A stretch of 30,279 nucleotides of DNA from a virus (taxonomy: Duplodnaviria > Caudoviricetes), in the IMG/VR virus record IMGVR_UViG_3300010043_000009, positions 1-30,279 of that record. The stretch is one strand, 5' to 3'. Below, in pieces: positions 7,284-16,073 of the stretch (the stretch's first letter is position 1; each line of letters opens with the position of its first letter). The position numbers and the translations under genes were made by a program. The notes below the pieces were generated by a model. That model made no database searches. It was not told the DNA's origin and saw nothing but the letters and a program-made list of their open reading frames with translations.

Positions 7284-8676
7284 TTGGTCTTGGCCTCGTG
7301 TGGGGTCTTGGGGTTGGTGTGGCACTGAGTTAGAGAAGGTGACTACTGTAACTCCAGAGTTGCAAGAGCTCTTCCGTTCGATCACGCCCAAGTGGTCTAA
7401 GTACATCCCTCACTCGCCCTTTGCCAAACAAGCCGCCTTTCTCTTACTGGACTGTGACGAAGCACTGTACGGCGGTCAGGCTGGTGGTGGCAAGAGCGAC
7501 GCCCTCCTAATGGGTGCCCTCCAGTACATGGACGTACCCGGTTACAACGCCGCCCTATTCCGGCGCACCTACGCCGACCTTGCCAAGCCCTCCGCCCTAA
7601 TGGACCGCGCCCACGAGTGGCTCAAAGGTACCTCGGCACGGTGGATCGACACCGAGAAGAAGTGGCGCTTCACCGAAGGCTCTACCCTATCGTTCGGATA
7701 CATGGAGACCGACCGCGACAAGTACAACTGGCAGTCGGCCGAGATACAATACTGCGGCTTCGATGAGCTCACTCAGTTCCTCGACTCCCAGTACACATAT
7801 CTGTTTAGCCGCCTTCGACGCTTGGCCACCGCGCAAGTGCCTCTACGTATGCGCTCTGCATCCAATCCTGGTGGTGTAGGCCACGAGTGGGTGAAGAAAC
7901 GGTTCATCACTGATAGGCATCCACAGCGCCGGTTCGTCCGTGCGGGCCTCAGGGAAAACACCTTCGTCGACACCATAGCCTATACAGAGATGCTCAACAA
8001 GCTCGATCCCCTCACTCGAGCCCAATTGCGTGATGGGGATTGGAACGCCACCTCAGAAAACAGTCTGTTCCCTAGGTCTTGGTTCCGTGAGCATATGATC
8101 GACATATTTCCACAGAATCTACAATCCGTATGTCGATACTGGGACCTAGCCTCGACGAAGAAGAAGAAGGCCGACTACACCGCAGGCAGCCTAGTAGGCG
8201 TGACCCGTAACGGCCTAGTGATCATAGCCAACGTCAAACGCGCCCAGGCCTCACCACACGAAGTCGAGACACTGTTGCAGACCACGGCCAACGAAGACGG
8301 GTGGTGGACGCCCATAGTCGTCGAGATAGAGCCGGGCAGTGCAGGCAAGCTCCTGTTCGACAACTATGCCCGCACTGTATTGTCAGGGTTCGCTGTATAT
8401 CCGGACAAGCCTACAGGTAGTAAGATATCGCGGATGCTACCCTTGTCATCTAGGGCACAGCAGGGTCATGTGTATGTTGTGAAGGGCCCGTGGAATGACG
8501 GTCTGTTCGACGAGGGCGAACTGTTAACCCGAACCCTACTGCCGGGACAGGTAGAACCAGTCGATGACCAATGGGATTCGTGTTCGGGCGGCTATAACTT
8601 CTTGACACACAACAAGATACGTGGGATGGCACACCACGTCACACCAAGTCAAAACGTGGTCCTCTATGCGCGCTAG
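7279..8676 (+). CDS. terL: Terminase large subunit (probable start GTG 7339)
   Basis: Walker A GGQAGGGKS, Walker B CGFDE, SNPGGVGHEWVKKRF coupling motif, RNase H-like YWDLA and C-terminal DDQWD. Confidence 0.97.
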   Translation: MAWSWPRVGSWGWCGTELEKVTTVTPELQELFRSITPKWSKYIPHSPFAKQAAFLLLDCDEALYGGQAGGGKSDALLMGALQYMDVPGYNAALFRRTYADLAKPSALMDRAHEWLKGTSARWIDTEKKWRFTEGSTLSFGYMETDRDKYNWQSAEIQYCGFDELTQFLDSQYTYLFSRLRRLATAQVPLRMRSASNPGGVGHEWVKKRFITDRHPQRRFVRAGLRENTFVDTIAYTEMLNKLDPLTRAQLRDGDWNATSENSLFPRSWFREHMIDIFPQNLQSVCRYWDLASTKKKKADYTAGSLVGVTRNGLVIIANVKRAQASPHEVETLLQTTANEDGWWTPIVVEIEPGSAGKLLFDNYARTVLSGFAVYPDKPTGSKISRMLPLSSRAQQGHVYVVKGPWNDGLFDEGELLTRTLLPGQVEPVDDQWDSCSGGYNFLTHNKIRGMAHHVTPSQNVVLYAR

Positions 8677-8691
8677 CTCAGGATGAATGGC
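8677..8691 (+). repeat. 15-bp direct repeat CTCAGGATGAATGGC, immediately after the TerL stop
   Basis: Identical to 7269-7283. Confidence 0.9.
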
Positions 8692-8716
8692 ATGCATGTG
8701 GAAAAGCCGCTCTGTC

Positions 8717-8768
8717 ACTTCCTCCGAATTACCTATTCTCTCTCTTTTCCCCCTAATATGAGTTCAAC
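8717..8768 (+). repeat. Dispersed repeat, copy B
   Basis: acttcctccgaattacctattctctctcttttccccctaatatgagttcaac. Confidence 0.9.
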
Positions 8769-8797
8769 GGCTGATAGGAGCAGGCGCAGAAAACCAA

Positions 8798-8844
8798 CCT
8801 CCGAGATTTTGCTCTCTTACCCCCTAAGGTGTGGCACTGCCATT
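8798..8844 (+). repeat. Dispersed repeat, copy C
   Basis: cctccgagattttgctctcttaccccctaaggtgtggcactgccatt. Confidence 0.95.
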
Positions 8845-8852
8845 GATATATA

Positions 8853-10472
8853 GTGTTTCAGGAACTTTCCAACGGCGTGACTAAACCGGATTGGGCCGAC
8901 GATCGATACTATCGTCTGCTCCTGCACGACCTCTGGCTCGAGGGTAAGTTCTACGACCACCTACGGTACTCATTCTATGATGAGACCGAAGGTGACCGCT
9001 ACATACCCATCAAAGAGCGCAGGCCTTCCGTCCAGTTCAACCTTCCTAACCACATATCTACCTCTATTGCACGGAAGCTATTTGGCGGTCGGCATACACC
9101 TCGATTCACTCACGAATCCGATGCTATGGTGGCTCAGGTCAATTACATCGTAGAGCAATCGAAGTTCTGGGATGTGATGAACCAGGCTGCCTTCTATGGC
9201 TCTGTGGGCTCAGTGGCCGTGACATTCAAGGTGGCCGCCAATGGACGTACACCAGGGAACAGACTAGTCTTTAGTGTATGGCGTGCTCGTGAGTGCTTCC
9301 CTATATTCGACAGCATGGGCGAGCTACAACGCCTTCGTATCGCGCGGCCTACAATGGGCTGTGAGCTCAAGCGGATGGGTTATCCGCCACCGATCATTGA
9401 CAGGAAAGAAGGGACGCGCGGTGAGTACGAGCCACAGGCGCTGTACTGGTTCATAAGGGACTTCACACCCGAAGCGGAGATGACCTTTGTACCCATTGTA
9501 TGTAGTGAGTGGTCACCGTGTTTCGATGACGACCAGGGTGTGATACCGATAGCAGACAAGACCGTACTGCACAACCTGAACTTTGTGCCCGCACAGTGGA
9601 TAACCAACCTATCCGGTGGCTGCTACCCTGACGGTGCGTCTACTTGGGGAGTAGCGCTGAACACCTGTATCGAGATCGACTACACTATGTCTCAGCTTGG
9701 CCGAGGTATTCGATACACTGCGGCACCGCAACTCGTATTAGTGGGCCAGATCTCGAACTGGGACTTCTCTGATCCGGCAGGTATGAAGATCGCTAAGTCA
9801 CCGGCACACGCCATACAGTTTCCGCCCGTAGTGAAGGACGCTATGGGCAACCAGAGCGGTGGTGGCGAGGCTAAGCTACTTGAGACCAGCGGACAGGGTA
9901 TCGCGGCTGGCCTCAGCTACTATGAGCACGTACGGAAGATCGCGCTGGAGCAGATAGCTGCATCACGTAAGGATCCTGACAAGTTCCGTGTGCCTCAGAG
10001 CGGTAAGGCCATGACCGTTCTGGATGAGGACTTTCACGATCTGGTCACCGAACAGCGAACCAACTATGGTGACTACGGCGCGCTACCGATGTTACACAAG
10101 GCCCTGATCGTAGCCGAGAAGGCTAGGTTGTATAGAGTTACGGACGCGAATAAGTTGCACCTGCAATGGCCTCACATGTATGAGCCCTCGCCGGGAGACA
10201 TACAGTCGCTGGCACAAGGCCTCCAAATCTTAGTGGGCTCTCCTGAGAACGGTGGGATAGCTATCCTGGACCGAGACGCCGCCCAGAGGCTACTTGAGGC
10301 ATTCATTGACATTCCACCTCAGCCTCAGCGTCCACAACCTCTGTACTACGATCTACTCAAAGACGAAGAGACCGATTTGCCAGAGGCGGCTCACTACACT
10401 AATGGTAGTGCACCGCAGGGTGGTGACGCTCTGGACGCTGTTAATGCTCCACAAGGACAGACCTTGGCATGA
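8853..10472 (+). CDS. Portal protein
   Basis: 539 aa directly after TerL; EIDYTMSQLGRGIRY and QSGKAM motifs resemble SPP1-like portals; GTG start without RBS. Confidence 0.88.
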   Translation: MFQELSNGVTKPDWADDRYYRLLLHDLWLEGKFYDHLRYSFYDETEGDRYIPIKERRPSVQFNLPNHISTSIARKLFGGRHTPRFTHESDAMVAQVNYIVEQSKFWDVMNQAAFYGSVGSVAVTFKVAANGRTPGNRLVFSVWRARECFPIFDSMGELQRLRIARPTMGCELKRMGYPPPIIDRKEGTRGEYEPQALYWFIRDFTPEAEMTFVPIVCSEWSPCFDDDQGVIPIADKTVLHNLNFVPAQWITNLSGGCYPDGASTWGVALNTCIEIDYTMSQLGRGIRYTAAPQLVLVGQISNWDFSDPAGMKIAKSPAHAIQFPPVVKDAMGNQSGGGEAKLLETSGQGIAAGLSYYEHVRKIALEQIAASRKDPDKFRVPQSGKAMTVLDEDFHDLVTEQRTNYGDYGALPMLHKALIVAEKARLYRVTDANKLHLQWPHMYEPSPGDIQSLAQGLQILVGSPENGGIAILDRDAAQRLLEAFIDIPPQPQRPQPLYYDLLKDEETDLPEAAHYTNGSAPQGGDALDAVNAPQGQTLA

Positions 10473-11224
10473 GACCGGTACGAGTGAAGCTAGCTGATCC
10501 ACCAATTGGTGGCAAGTCGTTTCTGATACGGCAGAAGGGTGTGTTCGTCCTGGAAGAGGGTCCGGGGATGTTGCAGATATGTAACATCACACACGGTGGC
10601 GCTGGTGAGATGTCCATCTACGATGGAGTGCCGGGAGAGACGGGGCACTTTCCAGATGAGATGATGGCCGAGAGCCATGAGAAGTTCGGTCAGCACAACG
10701 GACGGGCGTTCAGTCAGTTCTCACCGGTGTACATGGGCGCATGGATGATGAACGCTGGATTCGTCCACGGCCTCACTGTGATTATGGAAGGTAGTGATGT
10801 TCCGGCCTTTGCCACTCTGGTATGGACACCGTTCAAGAAGGCTCAGCCGGTGTCCAAGAAGTTTGAGGTGTTAGAGCCACATCCGGATACACACATCAAG
10901 GGGAAGCGCATCAAGGACGTGCGGACGCCAGCCGGCGGTGGATCACTCACTCGGTCGGTCCGGATCGCCCAAGTCGGTTTGACACGGATTAGCCGTCGCG
11001 TAGCTGAGTTGTCTAGCGTCTTGGTAACACACCCAGGTTCGTTCTGTAGGCTGGTAATACGGAATGGACTGGGTGTGCCCCTTTTCGACATGTTCAGCAC
11101 CTTCACGGGTTCGTTTGTGGTAGGGGCATTCGCTGACCAGGGCATTATTGTGGATATTGATGGGAATCAGCAGGCCCCACTGGTACAGGTGACGTGGCGG
11201 GAGCAAGATCTGCAGTTAGTATGA
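10469..11224 (+). CDS. Hypothetical virion-region protein with two related beta-rich domains
   Basis: ATGA coupling to portal; internal similarity (ITHGG..MSIYDG..FVHGLTV..LVW versus VTHPG..LVIRNG..ADQGIIV..VTW). Confidence 0.7.
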   Translation: MRPVRVKLADPPIGGKSFLIRQKGVFVLEEGPGMLQICNITHGGAGEMSIYDGVPGETGHFPDEMMAESHEKFGQHNGRAFSQFSPVYMGAWMMNAGFVHGLTVIMEGSDVPAFATLVWTPFKKAQPVSKKFEVLEPHPDTHIKGKRIKDVRTPAGGGSLTRSVRIAQVGLTRISRRVAELSSVLVTHPGSFCRLVIRNGLGVPLFDMFSTFTGSFVVGAFADQGIIVDIDGNQQAPLVQVTWREQDLQLV

Positions 11225-11427
11225 GGTTCGTGTCGCCGGTGTCAGGCGTCGTGAGCTTACTGTATGTCGAACACGGGGCTTCTGTGGTCGAGGAAGAGCG
11301 GCTGATGGCCCTTGAGTCAATGAAGACCACCTTCGACGTGTATGCGCCCTGTTCCGGACGGGTCAGATACAGTTGCCAACTGGGCCAGGTAGTGGCTAAG
11401 CGACAGGTGTTGGGAGAGGTGGTATGA
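11221..11427 (+). CDS. Stand-alone biotinyl/lipoyl carrier-like domain protein, 68 aa
   Basis: SPVSG..LESMK..APCSGRV..GQVV pattern matches BCCP biotinyl domains (EAMKM); ATGA overlaps at both ends. Confidence 0.85.
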   Translation: MRFVSPVSGVVSLLYVEHGASVVEEERLMALESMKTTFDVYAPCSGRVRYSCQLGQVVAKRQVLGEVV

Positions 11428-11744
11428 TTCTTACCAAGAACGGTGCTGGCTTCGCGTATGCCTTCCCTCAGAGCTCTGACACTACCATATACAACATTAC
11501 GGCTACGGCTGGTGACTCGGTGGACCTCAAAGCCACCTTGTACCTGTCGAACATCGATCCGGTACACGGCTCTGTCATGAGTGCGTTGCCGGCGGATGCC
11601 CAGAAGCTTTTGTATCTGAAGTGTCCTCAGAAGGGCTCTGTGTCGCTGGCGTTTCCTGGAGGGCTTCAGGTCGGTGAGTGTTACATCATTGCCAATTTCG
11701 TTGATGCGGGGACGGACCACGAGATCGATGTGTTCACCAAGTGA
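11424..11744 (+). CDS. Hypothetical protein, 106 aa, beta-rich
   Basis: ATGA coupling, GAGGTG RBS. Confidence 0.7.
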   Translation: MILTKNGAGFAYAFPQSSDTTIYNITATAGDSVDLKATLYLSNIDPVHGSVMSALPADAQKLLYLKCPQKGSVSLAFPGGLQVGECYIIANFVDAGTDHEIDVFTK

Positions 11745-11788
11745 GTGTGAAGGACTCCATACGGAATTGGCCATCGGAGGAACCCAAG

Positions 11789-12451
11789 ATGGCTGATGCA
11801 CCAACGACGCCTACGTCAACAGTTCCACAGACTCCTCCTGCACCACCAGCACCGGATCCAAGTGATGAGTTCTCCAACTACTCACAAGAAGAGCTCAAGG
11901 CCCTACTCAGGAATACCAGGTCGGAGGCCGCAGAGAGGCGGAGGGAGAACAAGACCCTCAAGGAACAGTTGGAGAGTAGGCAGGCACAGGACGCCGAGGC
12001 AGAGCGGAAGCGCCTCGAGGAGGACGGCCAGTACAAGGCGTTGGCCGAGAAGGAACAGAAGCGTGCGGCGGAGATCGAGGCGACGTGGAGACAACGGGTG
12101 ATTGGTGAGAGACTTCGAACTGTAGCCCAGTCCGAAGGTCTCCTGGATCTAGAGCTAATAGCTATGGTACCCAAGGAGAACATCACCTTTGATGCGTCTG
12201 GTAACGTTGTGGGGGTCGAAGAGGCGGTAAAGTCGTACAAGACCGCAAAACCAATGCTGTTTAAGCAGCCACAACGTGGACCGGCGCCGACTGGCGATCA
12301 GGCACCAACACCTACTGCTGCACCTACTACTCCTGTCGAGCCTACGGGGCCTGTGAATGTGATGAAGATGACGGCTGAAGAGTACCGAGCGCATAAGGAA
12401 AAGACTTTGAGAGAGGCCAAGGTTGAGCTCTCGCGGAGGAGCGTAGCCTAG
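11789..12451 (+). CDS. Capsid scaffolding protein
   Basis: GGAGG RBS; Pro-rich ends, charged coiled coil (LRNTRSEAAERRRENK); precedes capsid gene. Confidence 0.85.
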   Translation: MADAPTTPTSTVPQTPPAPPAPDPSDEFSNYSQEELKALLRNTRSEAAERRRENKTLKEQLESRQAQDAEAERKRLEEDGQYKALAEKEQKRAAEIEATWRQRVIGERLRTVAQSEGLLDLELIAMVPKENITFDASGNVVGVEEAVKSYKTAKPMLFKQPQRGPAPTGDQAPTPTAAPTTPVEPTGPVNVMKMTAEEYRAHKEKTLREAKVELSRRSVA

Positions 12452-12620
12452 GCCAGGAAGCACCCTTTTAGCAATCAGGGAAACCTGGGATGGGTGTGCT
12501 GAGATACTCAAACGGTATGGTAACGACCGGCCATAGTGGCAAGAAGTTACTAGATACAAGGCGTGATGCCTTCGGAGCACGGACGAATCGTGTACGACCA
12601 GCTGAAAACGGTGAAAATCT

Positions 12621-14009
12621 ATGCCTACCGTTCCCGGCGCGTCGGGCACCTTCGCTTCGTTCCCGACCGCAATACAAAACATCATTCAGCAGGGATTCCT
12701 CGAACGGGAGATGGAAGAAGGGCTCGACTCCATTCTGGCGTATGACCGGGAAGCGTTAGTCGAGACTATTCCGTGCCGTATCGGTGAATCACTCACTCGG
12801 ACCAGGAAAGGTCGTGTAACTCCCACCACGACTGCTCTTGTTCCGTCGGCAATCAACTCCGGCCTCGATAACGGGCTGACACCGGTTCAGTTCGCCAACG
12901 AGCAGTATACCTATCAGGTATACCAGTACGGCCAAGCGGCTGATGTCAACATCATGCAAGAGCAGGCCGGTGCTGCAGATCTGCTGGTTGCGACCGCCAG
13001 GAACCTTGGGGTGGCCGCGGCTCAGACCCGGGAGCGGCTGGCCAAGCAGGCCCTCTTTGCCTCGTACTTGGGTGGGAACACCCGGGTGAGGGGTGACCTG
13101 GCCGCACCTACCACAACCACAGCACGTGTCGACGATATTAGGGGCTTCGGCATGGTTCTGGTCAACGGCACTCCAACGCCGATCTCCGGTACCAATCCGT
13201 TGCAGGTGACCGAGATCGATACGAGTGGTGCCGGTGTCAACCAGACGCTGAACGTGACCGGTGTTGTGGCCGATGTGACCAATGTGTCGTCCTGTCCGGA
13301 CGGTATAAGTGGTACCATTACGTTTACCACTGCGACGGCTCCGGTCACCGGCGATGCGTTGATCGCGAAGGGCGCACCGCAGATCCTCAGGCCTGGCAAC
13401 GCAGTCAGCACGGCTCAGCTCAAGTCCGGTTCGAACTTCACGTTGTCTTTAATTGAGGACGCCGTGGCGCTGCTCCGGGATAACGCGGTGCCGACGCACC
13501 CGGACAGCACGTATCACTGCATCCTGGACAACCGCTCTGAGCGGCAGCTCCTGGCCGATCAGGACTTCAAGATCTACTACGCCGGCCGTGAGCAGAGCGA
13601 CGCCATCCGTACGGCGTATGTGATTCGCCTCTTGGGAATTACCTTTATTCCCACCACTGAGGCCTATGTGCAGAAACCGTTCACTGCGGACGCCAACAAC
13701 ACCGTGACCCCGACGATTCGTAGGCCGGTTATGACGGGAGCCGAGCACCTGCTACGTGGCGATTATGAGGGATTGGAGACCTGGATCAACCGGGAGGGCC
13801 TCAACCCGATCGGCACCATTACCCTTGTGAACAACGTGGCACAGGTGCTCCGGCCGATGCTCGACAGATTGCAGCAAGTTCTGTCGCTCGCCTGGTTCTG
13901 GGCGGGAGCGTATGCTATCCCGACCGATGTCACGGCGACGACAGACATCATTCCCACCGCTTCGGATGCGTTGTTCAAGAGGGCGGTGGTCATGGAGCAT
14001 GCTAGCTGA
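12621..14009 (+). CDS. Major capsid protein
   Basis: 462 aa after the scaffold; composition and position; C-terminal KRAVVMEH typical of capsid proteins. Confidence 0.85.
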   Translation: MPTVPGASGTFASFPTAIQNIIQQGFLEREMEEGLDSILAYDREALVETIPCRIGESLTRTRKGRVTPTTTALVPSAINSGLDNGLTPVQFANEQYTYQVYQYGQAADVNIMQEQAGAADLLVATARNLGVAAAQTRERLAKQALFASYLGGNTRVRGDLAAPTTTTARVDDIRGFGMVLVNGTPTPISGTNPLQVTEIDTSGAGVNQTLNVTGVVADVTNVSSCPDGISGTITFTTATAPVTGDALIAKGAPQILRPGNAVSTAQLKSGSNFTLSLIEDAVALLRDNAVPTHPDSTYHCILDNRSERQLLADQDFKIYYAGREQSDAIRTAYVIRLLGITFIPTTEAYVQKPFTADANNTVTPTIRRPVMTGAEHLLRGDYEGLETWINREGLNPIGTITLVNNVAQVLRPMLDRLQQVLSLAWFWAGAYAIPTDVTATTDIIPTASDALFKRAVVMEHAS

Positions 14010-14018
14010 AGGAGGTAC

Positions 14019-14282
14019 TTGGCTATGGCCAGCATCAAAGAGGTTGATGCGAAGATTGGGTCGAAGAACTTGGAGGGCTCCCACGGCATGCCCAACAAGA
14101 GCATTTCGATGAACGTCCCTGGTGAAGGCACGATCACCAAGCCGTATCAATCGGATATGCGCTCTACTCGATCCGCGGCAAACGCTGCTGACGACCAGAA
14201 GTTCTCGCCGAAGGCTGTGAGCGCACACCAGTATGATTCGAGCAAGAACTTCTCGTCCAGCGGCGGAGGCAACGGAGGGTGA
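14019..14282 (+). CDS. Hypothetical protein (start TTG 14019 or ATG 14025)
   Basis: AAGGAGGT RBS after the capsid stop. Confidence 0.7.
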   Translation: MAMASIKEVDAKIGSKNLEGSHGMPNKSISMNVPGEGTITKPYQSDMRSTRSAANAADDQKFSPKAVSAHQYDSSKNFSSSGGGNGG

Positions 14283-14512
14283 ACGATCGGGAACTCTCCA
14301 ACGGGAGTCGCCGTAAGTTCGCGGCGATGAAGGTGGTACAGGCCCTGACCAAGACGGTTAGGGCTCTGTACTCCACTCCCGCAGAAATGTACCCTAAGGA
14401 CTGGGGCCATGAGATAGGATACGGGCCTCAGTCCGAAAGGGCAGCAGAGCGTGCCAATATGGCGCCGAGGAAGGTACCTATTGGACGTGGTCGTGCCTTT
14501 GTGAAGAGGTAA
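14279..14512 (+). CDS. Hypothetical protein, 77 aa
   Basis: GTGA overlap, GGAGG upstream. Confidence 0.6.
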   Translation: MNDRELSNGSRRKFAAMKVVQALTKTVRALYSTPAEMYPKDWGHEIGYGPQSERAAERANMAPRKVPIGRGRAFVKR

Positions 14513-14518
14513 CTTAAC

Positions 14519-15145
14519 ATGGCTGACAATATACCGGTTCAGAGCGGTAATCCGACTCTCGTTCCGAACTTCTACGATCCCTATGTCCAGATCGACAAGG
14601 GGCCGCAGAACAGGCAGATCTTGCAGTACCTGAGTCCGAAGGATGCCCTCACTGGAGGTGTAGCCCGGACGGCCGCATCACAGACTGGTACTGTGGGCGG
14701 CACTATCACTGCCGGCAACACCATCACCACGAGGTTCACCAACCCTACGATACCGGGTGGGTTCCGCCAAGTCGTCTACACGGTGCAGGCGGGCGATACC
14801 ACGGCTACGGTGGCAGATGGTATTGCGAAGGCCATCAACGACGACACGATCCTGAAGGACGAGGGTATCTACGCCACGGTGAACAACCTGATTGTGACGT
14901 TTAGGCAGGATGGGCCGGTAGGGAATTCGACGGTGGTCAGTAGGACGTTGTCGGGTGGCGCTACCATTACGTTTGCCATCGCGGGCGCCGGTGCTATGTC
15001 TGGTGGGTCGGGACCTATTATACCGACTCAGAACTTCACCTTCTGTATGAACAACGTGACTGAGGTGTTCTGGTATGGCAGACCTAAGTATCTGCCGTAC
15101 AACATGGTGAAGGCCCTCGTTACCCAGGGTATGCCGATAGTCTGA
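14519..15145 (+). CDS. Virion structural protein (head decoration/neck candidate)
   Basis: G/T-rich; contains YTVQAGDTTATVADGIAKAIN module. Confidence 0.65.
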   Translation: MADNIPVQSGNPTLVPNFYDPYVQIDKGPQNRQILQYLSPKDALTGGVARTAASQTGTVGGTITAGNTITTRFTNPTIPGGFRQVVYTVQAGDTTATVADGIAKAINDDTILKDEGIYATVNNLIVTFRQDGPVGNSTVVSRTLSGGATITFAIAGAGAMSGGSGPIIPTQNFTFCMNNVTEVFWYGRPKYLPYNMVKALVTQGMPIV

Positions 15146-15981
15146 TGGCCCTCGACGACGACCAGAAAACCAACTTACGCCGGCACCTAGGGTATCCGGC
15201 GGTTGGCCTTTATCGTTCAAGTGCCGCAGGGGGCACCCTAGCAGATGGTGCTGCATCCTACAGGTACCATACTGCTTACGGTGCCCTCGAGTGGCGCATG
15301 AACAACCTGATGCCCAACGAGGAAGCCCGGATAGTGGGTTCCGCTTACGGTGCCATTGCGATAATGGGTACGCCTCAGCAAGGTGACCAGATCACCTTAA
15401 CGATCAGTGGTGGTGGCCTTACTGCGCCTGAGACCGTTGGGCCGCTGACGGTGGGTCCCATTACACATGATGTCAATAGAGACCAGCTGGGCGTGACGCA
15501 GCTCCTCACTATCGCGGCCTCACAGAATGCGAATTTGATTGCCGCGAACTTCTTGGCCGTTGCACCGTACGGCACTGGGCCGTTTGCCGAACGGTTTTAC
15601 CCGAACCCGATATTCGCCTTGACCAATCCTGCGCAGTTCACCATGTCGGTTACGGCATCACCGTCGATTGGTGCGCAGATCCGTACTCAGGGCAAGAACC
15701 TGTCGCCGTTGTATATACAGGAGAAGGGTACATCCAGGCAAGTTAACATTTATGGTTACCTGCCGATACTGGACGTGATGGAGGGCGATCAGGCTGCGAC
15801 CACTGAGAACTTGGATACCATTCAGGCGGACGTGTGGCATGCCAGGGCCACAGAAATTATTGAACGTGAGCGACTTTATATGGTGTGGAGGCGCAAGCTG
15901 GCGAAGTTCCTCGACTTGCCTTTGGGTGAGGAGTCTGGTGTTACGAGGGCGAGTGGAGGACCACTTAGGCTTGTAGTATAG
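15145..15981 (+). CDS. Probable head-tail adaptor
   Basis: Position; N-terminal LRRHLGYP and C-terminal ERLYMVWRRKLAKFL, with a central insertion. Confidence 0.6.
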   Translation: MALDDDQKTNLRRHLGYPAVGLYRSSAAGGTLADGAASYRYHTAYGALEWRMNNLMPNEEARIVGSAYGAIAIMGTPQQGDQITLTISGGGLTAPETVGPLTVGPITHDVNRDQLGVTQLLTIAASQNANLIAANFLAVAPYGTGPFAERFYPNPIFALTNPAQFTMSVTASPSIGAQIRTQGKNLSPLYIQEKGTSRQVNIYGYLPILDVMEGDQAATTENLDTIQADVWHARATEIIERERLYMVWRRKLAKFLDLPLGEESGVTRASGGPLRLVV

Positions 15982-15985
15982 ACAT

Positions 15986-16071
15986 CCTCCCTCTGGAGAT
16001 TCTCTCTCTTACCCCCTAACGTAGAAAGCCTAATTGCCATTCTCTTCTCCTACCCCCTAATAAGAGTTCAT
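15986..16071 (+). repeat. Dispersed repeat, tandem copies D (15986-16019) and E (16038-16071)
   Basis: agattctctctcttaccccctaa and attctcttctcctaccccctaataagagttca. Confidence 0.9.
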
Positions 16072-16073
16072 CA

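Noticed and set aside
7279-7338. N-terminal 20 codons of the TerL ORF as coding
   Set aside because: Trp/Gly-rich, overlaps two repeat motifs; GTG 7339 with a purine-rich leader looks more plausible, though unproven.
8832-8848. TGGCAC as a sigma54 -24 box
   Set aside because: None of the instances has the GC at -12 (TTGAT, TTGTA, TAGAG instead of TTGCW).
12470-12535. c-di-GMP-I riboswitch or hammerhead resemblance
   Set aside because: GAAA stem is present but GGCAAAC/GCAAAG and CUGANGA cores are missing; kept only as a generic structured leader.
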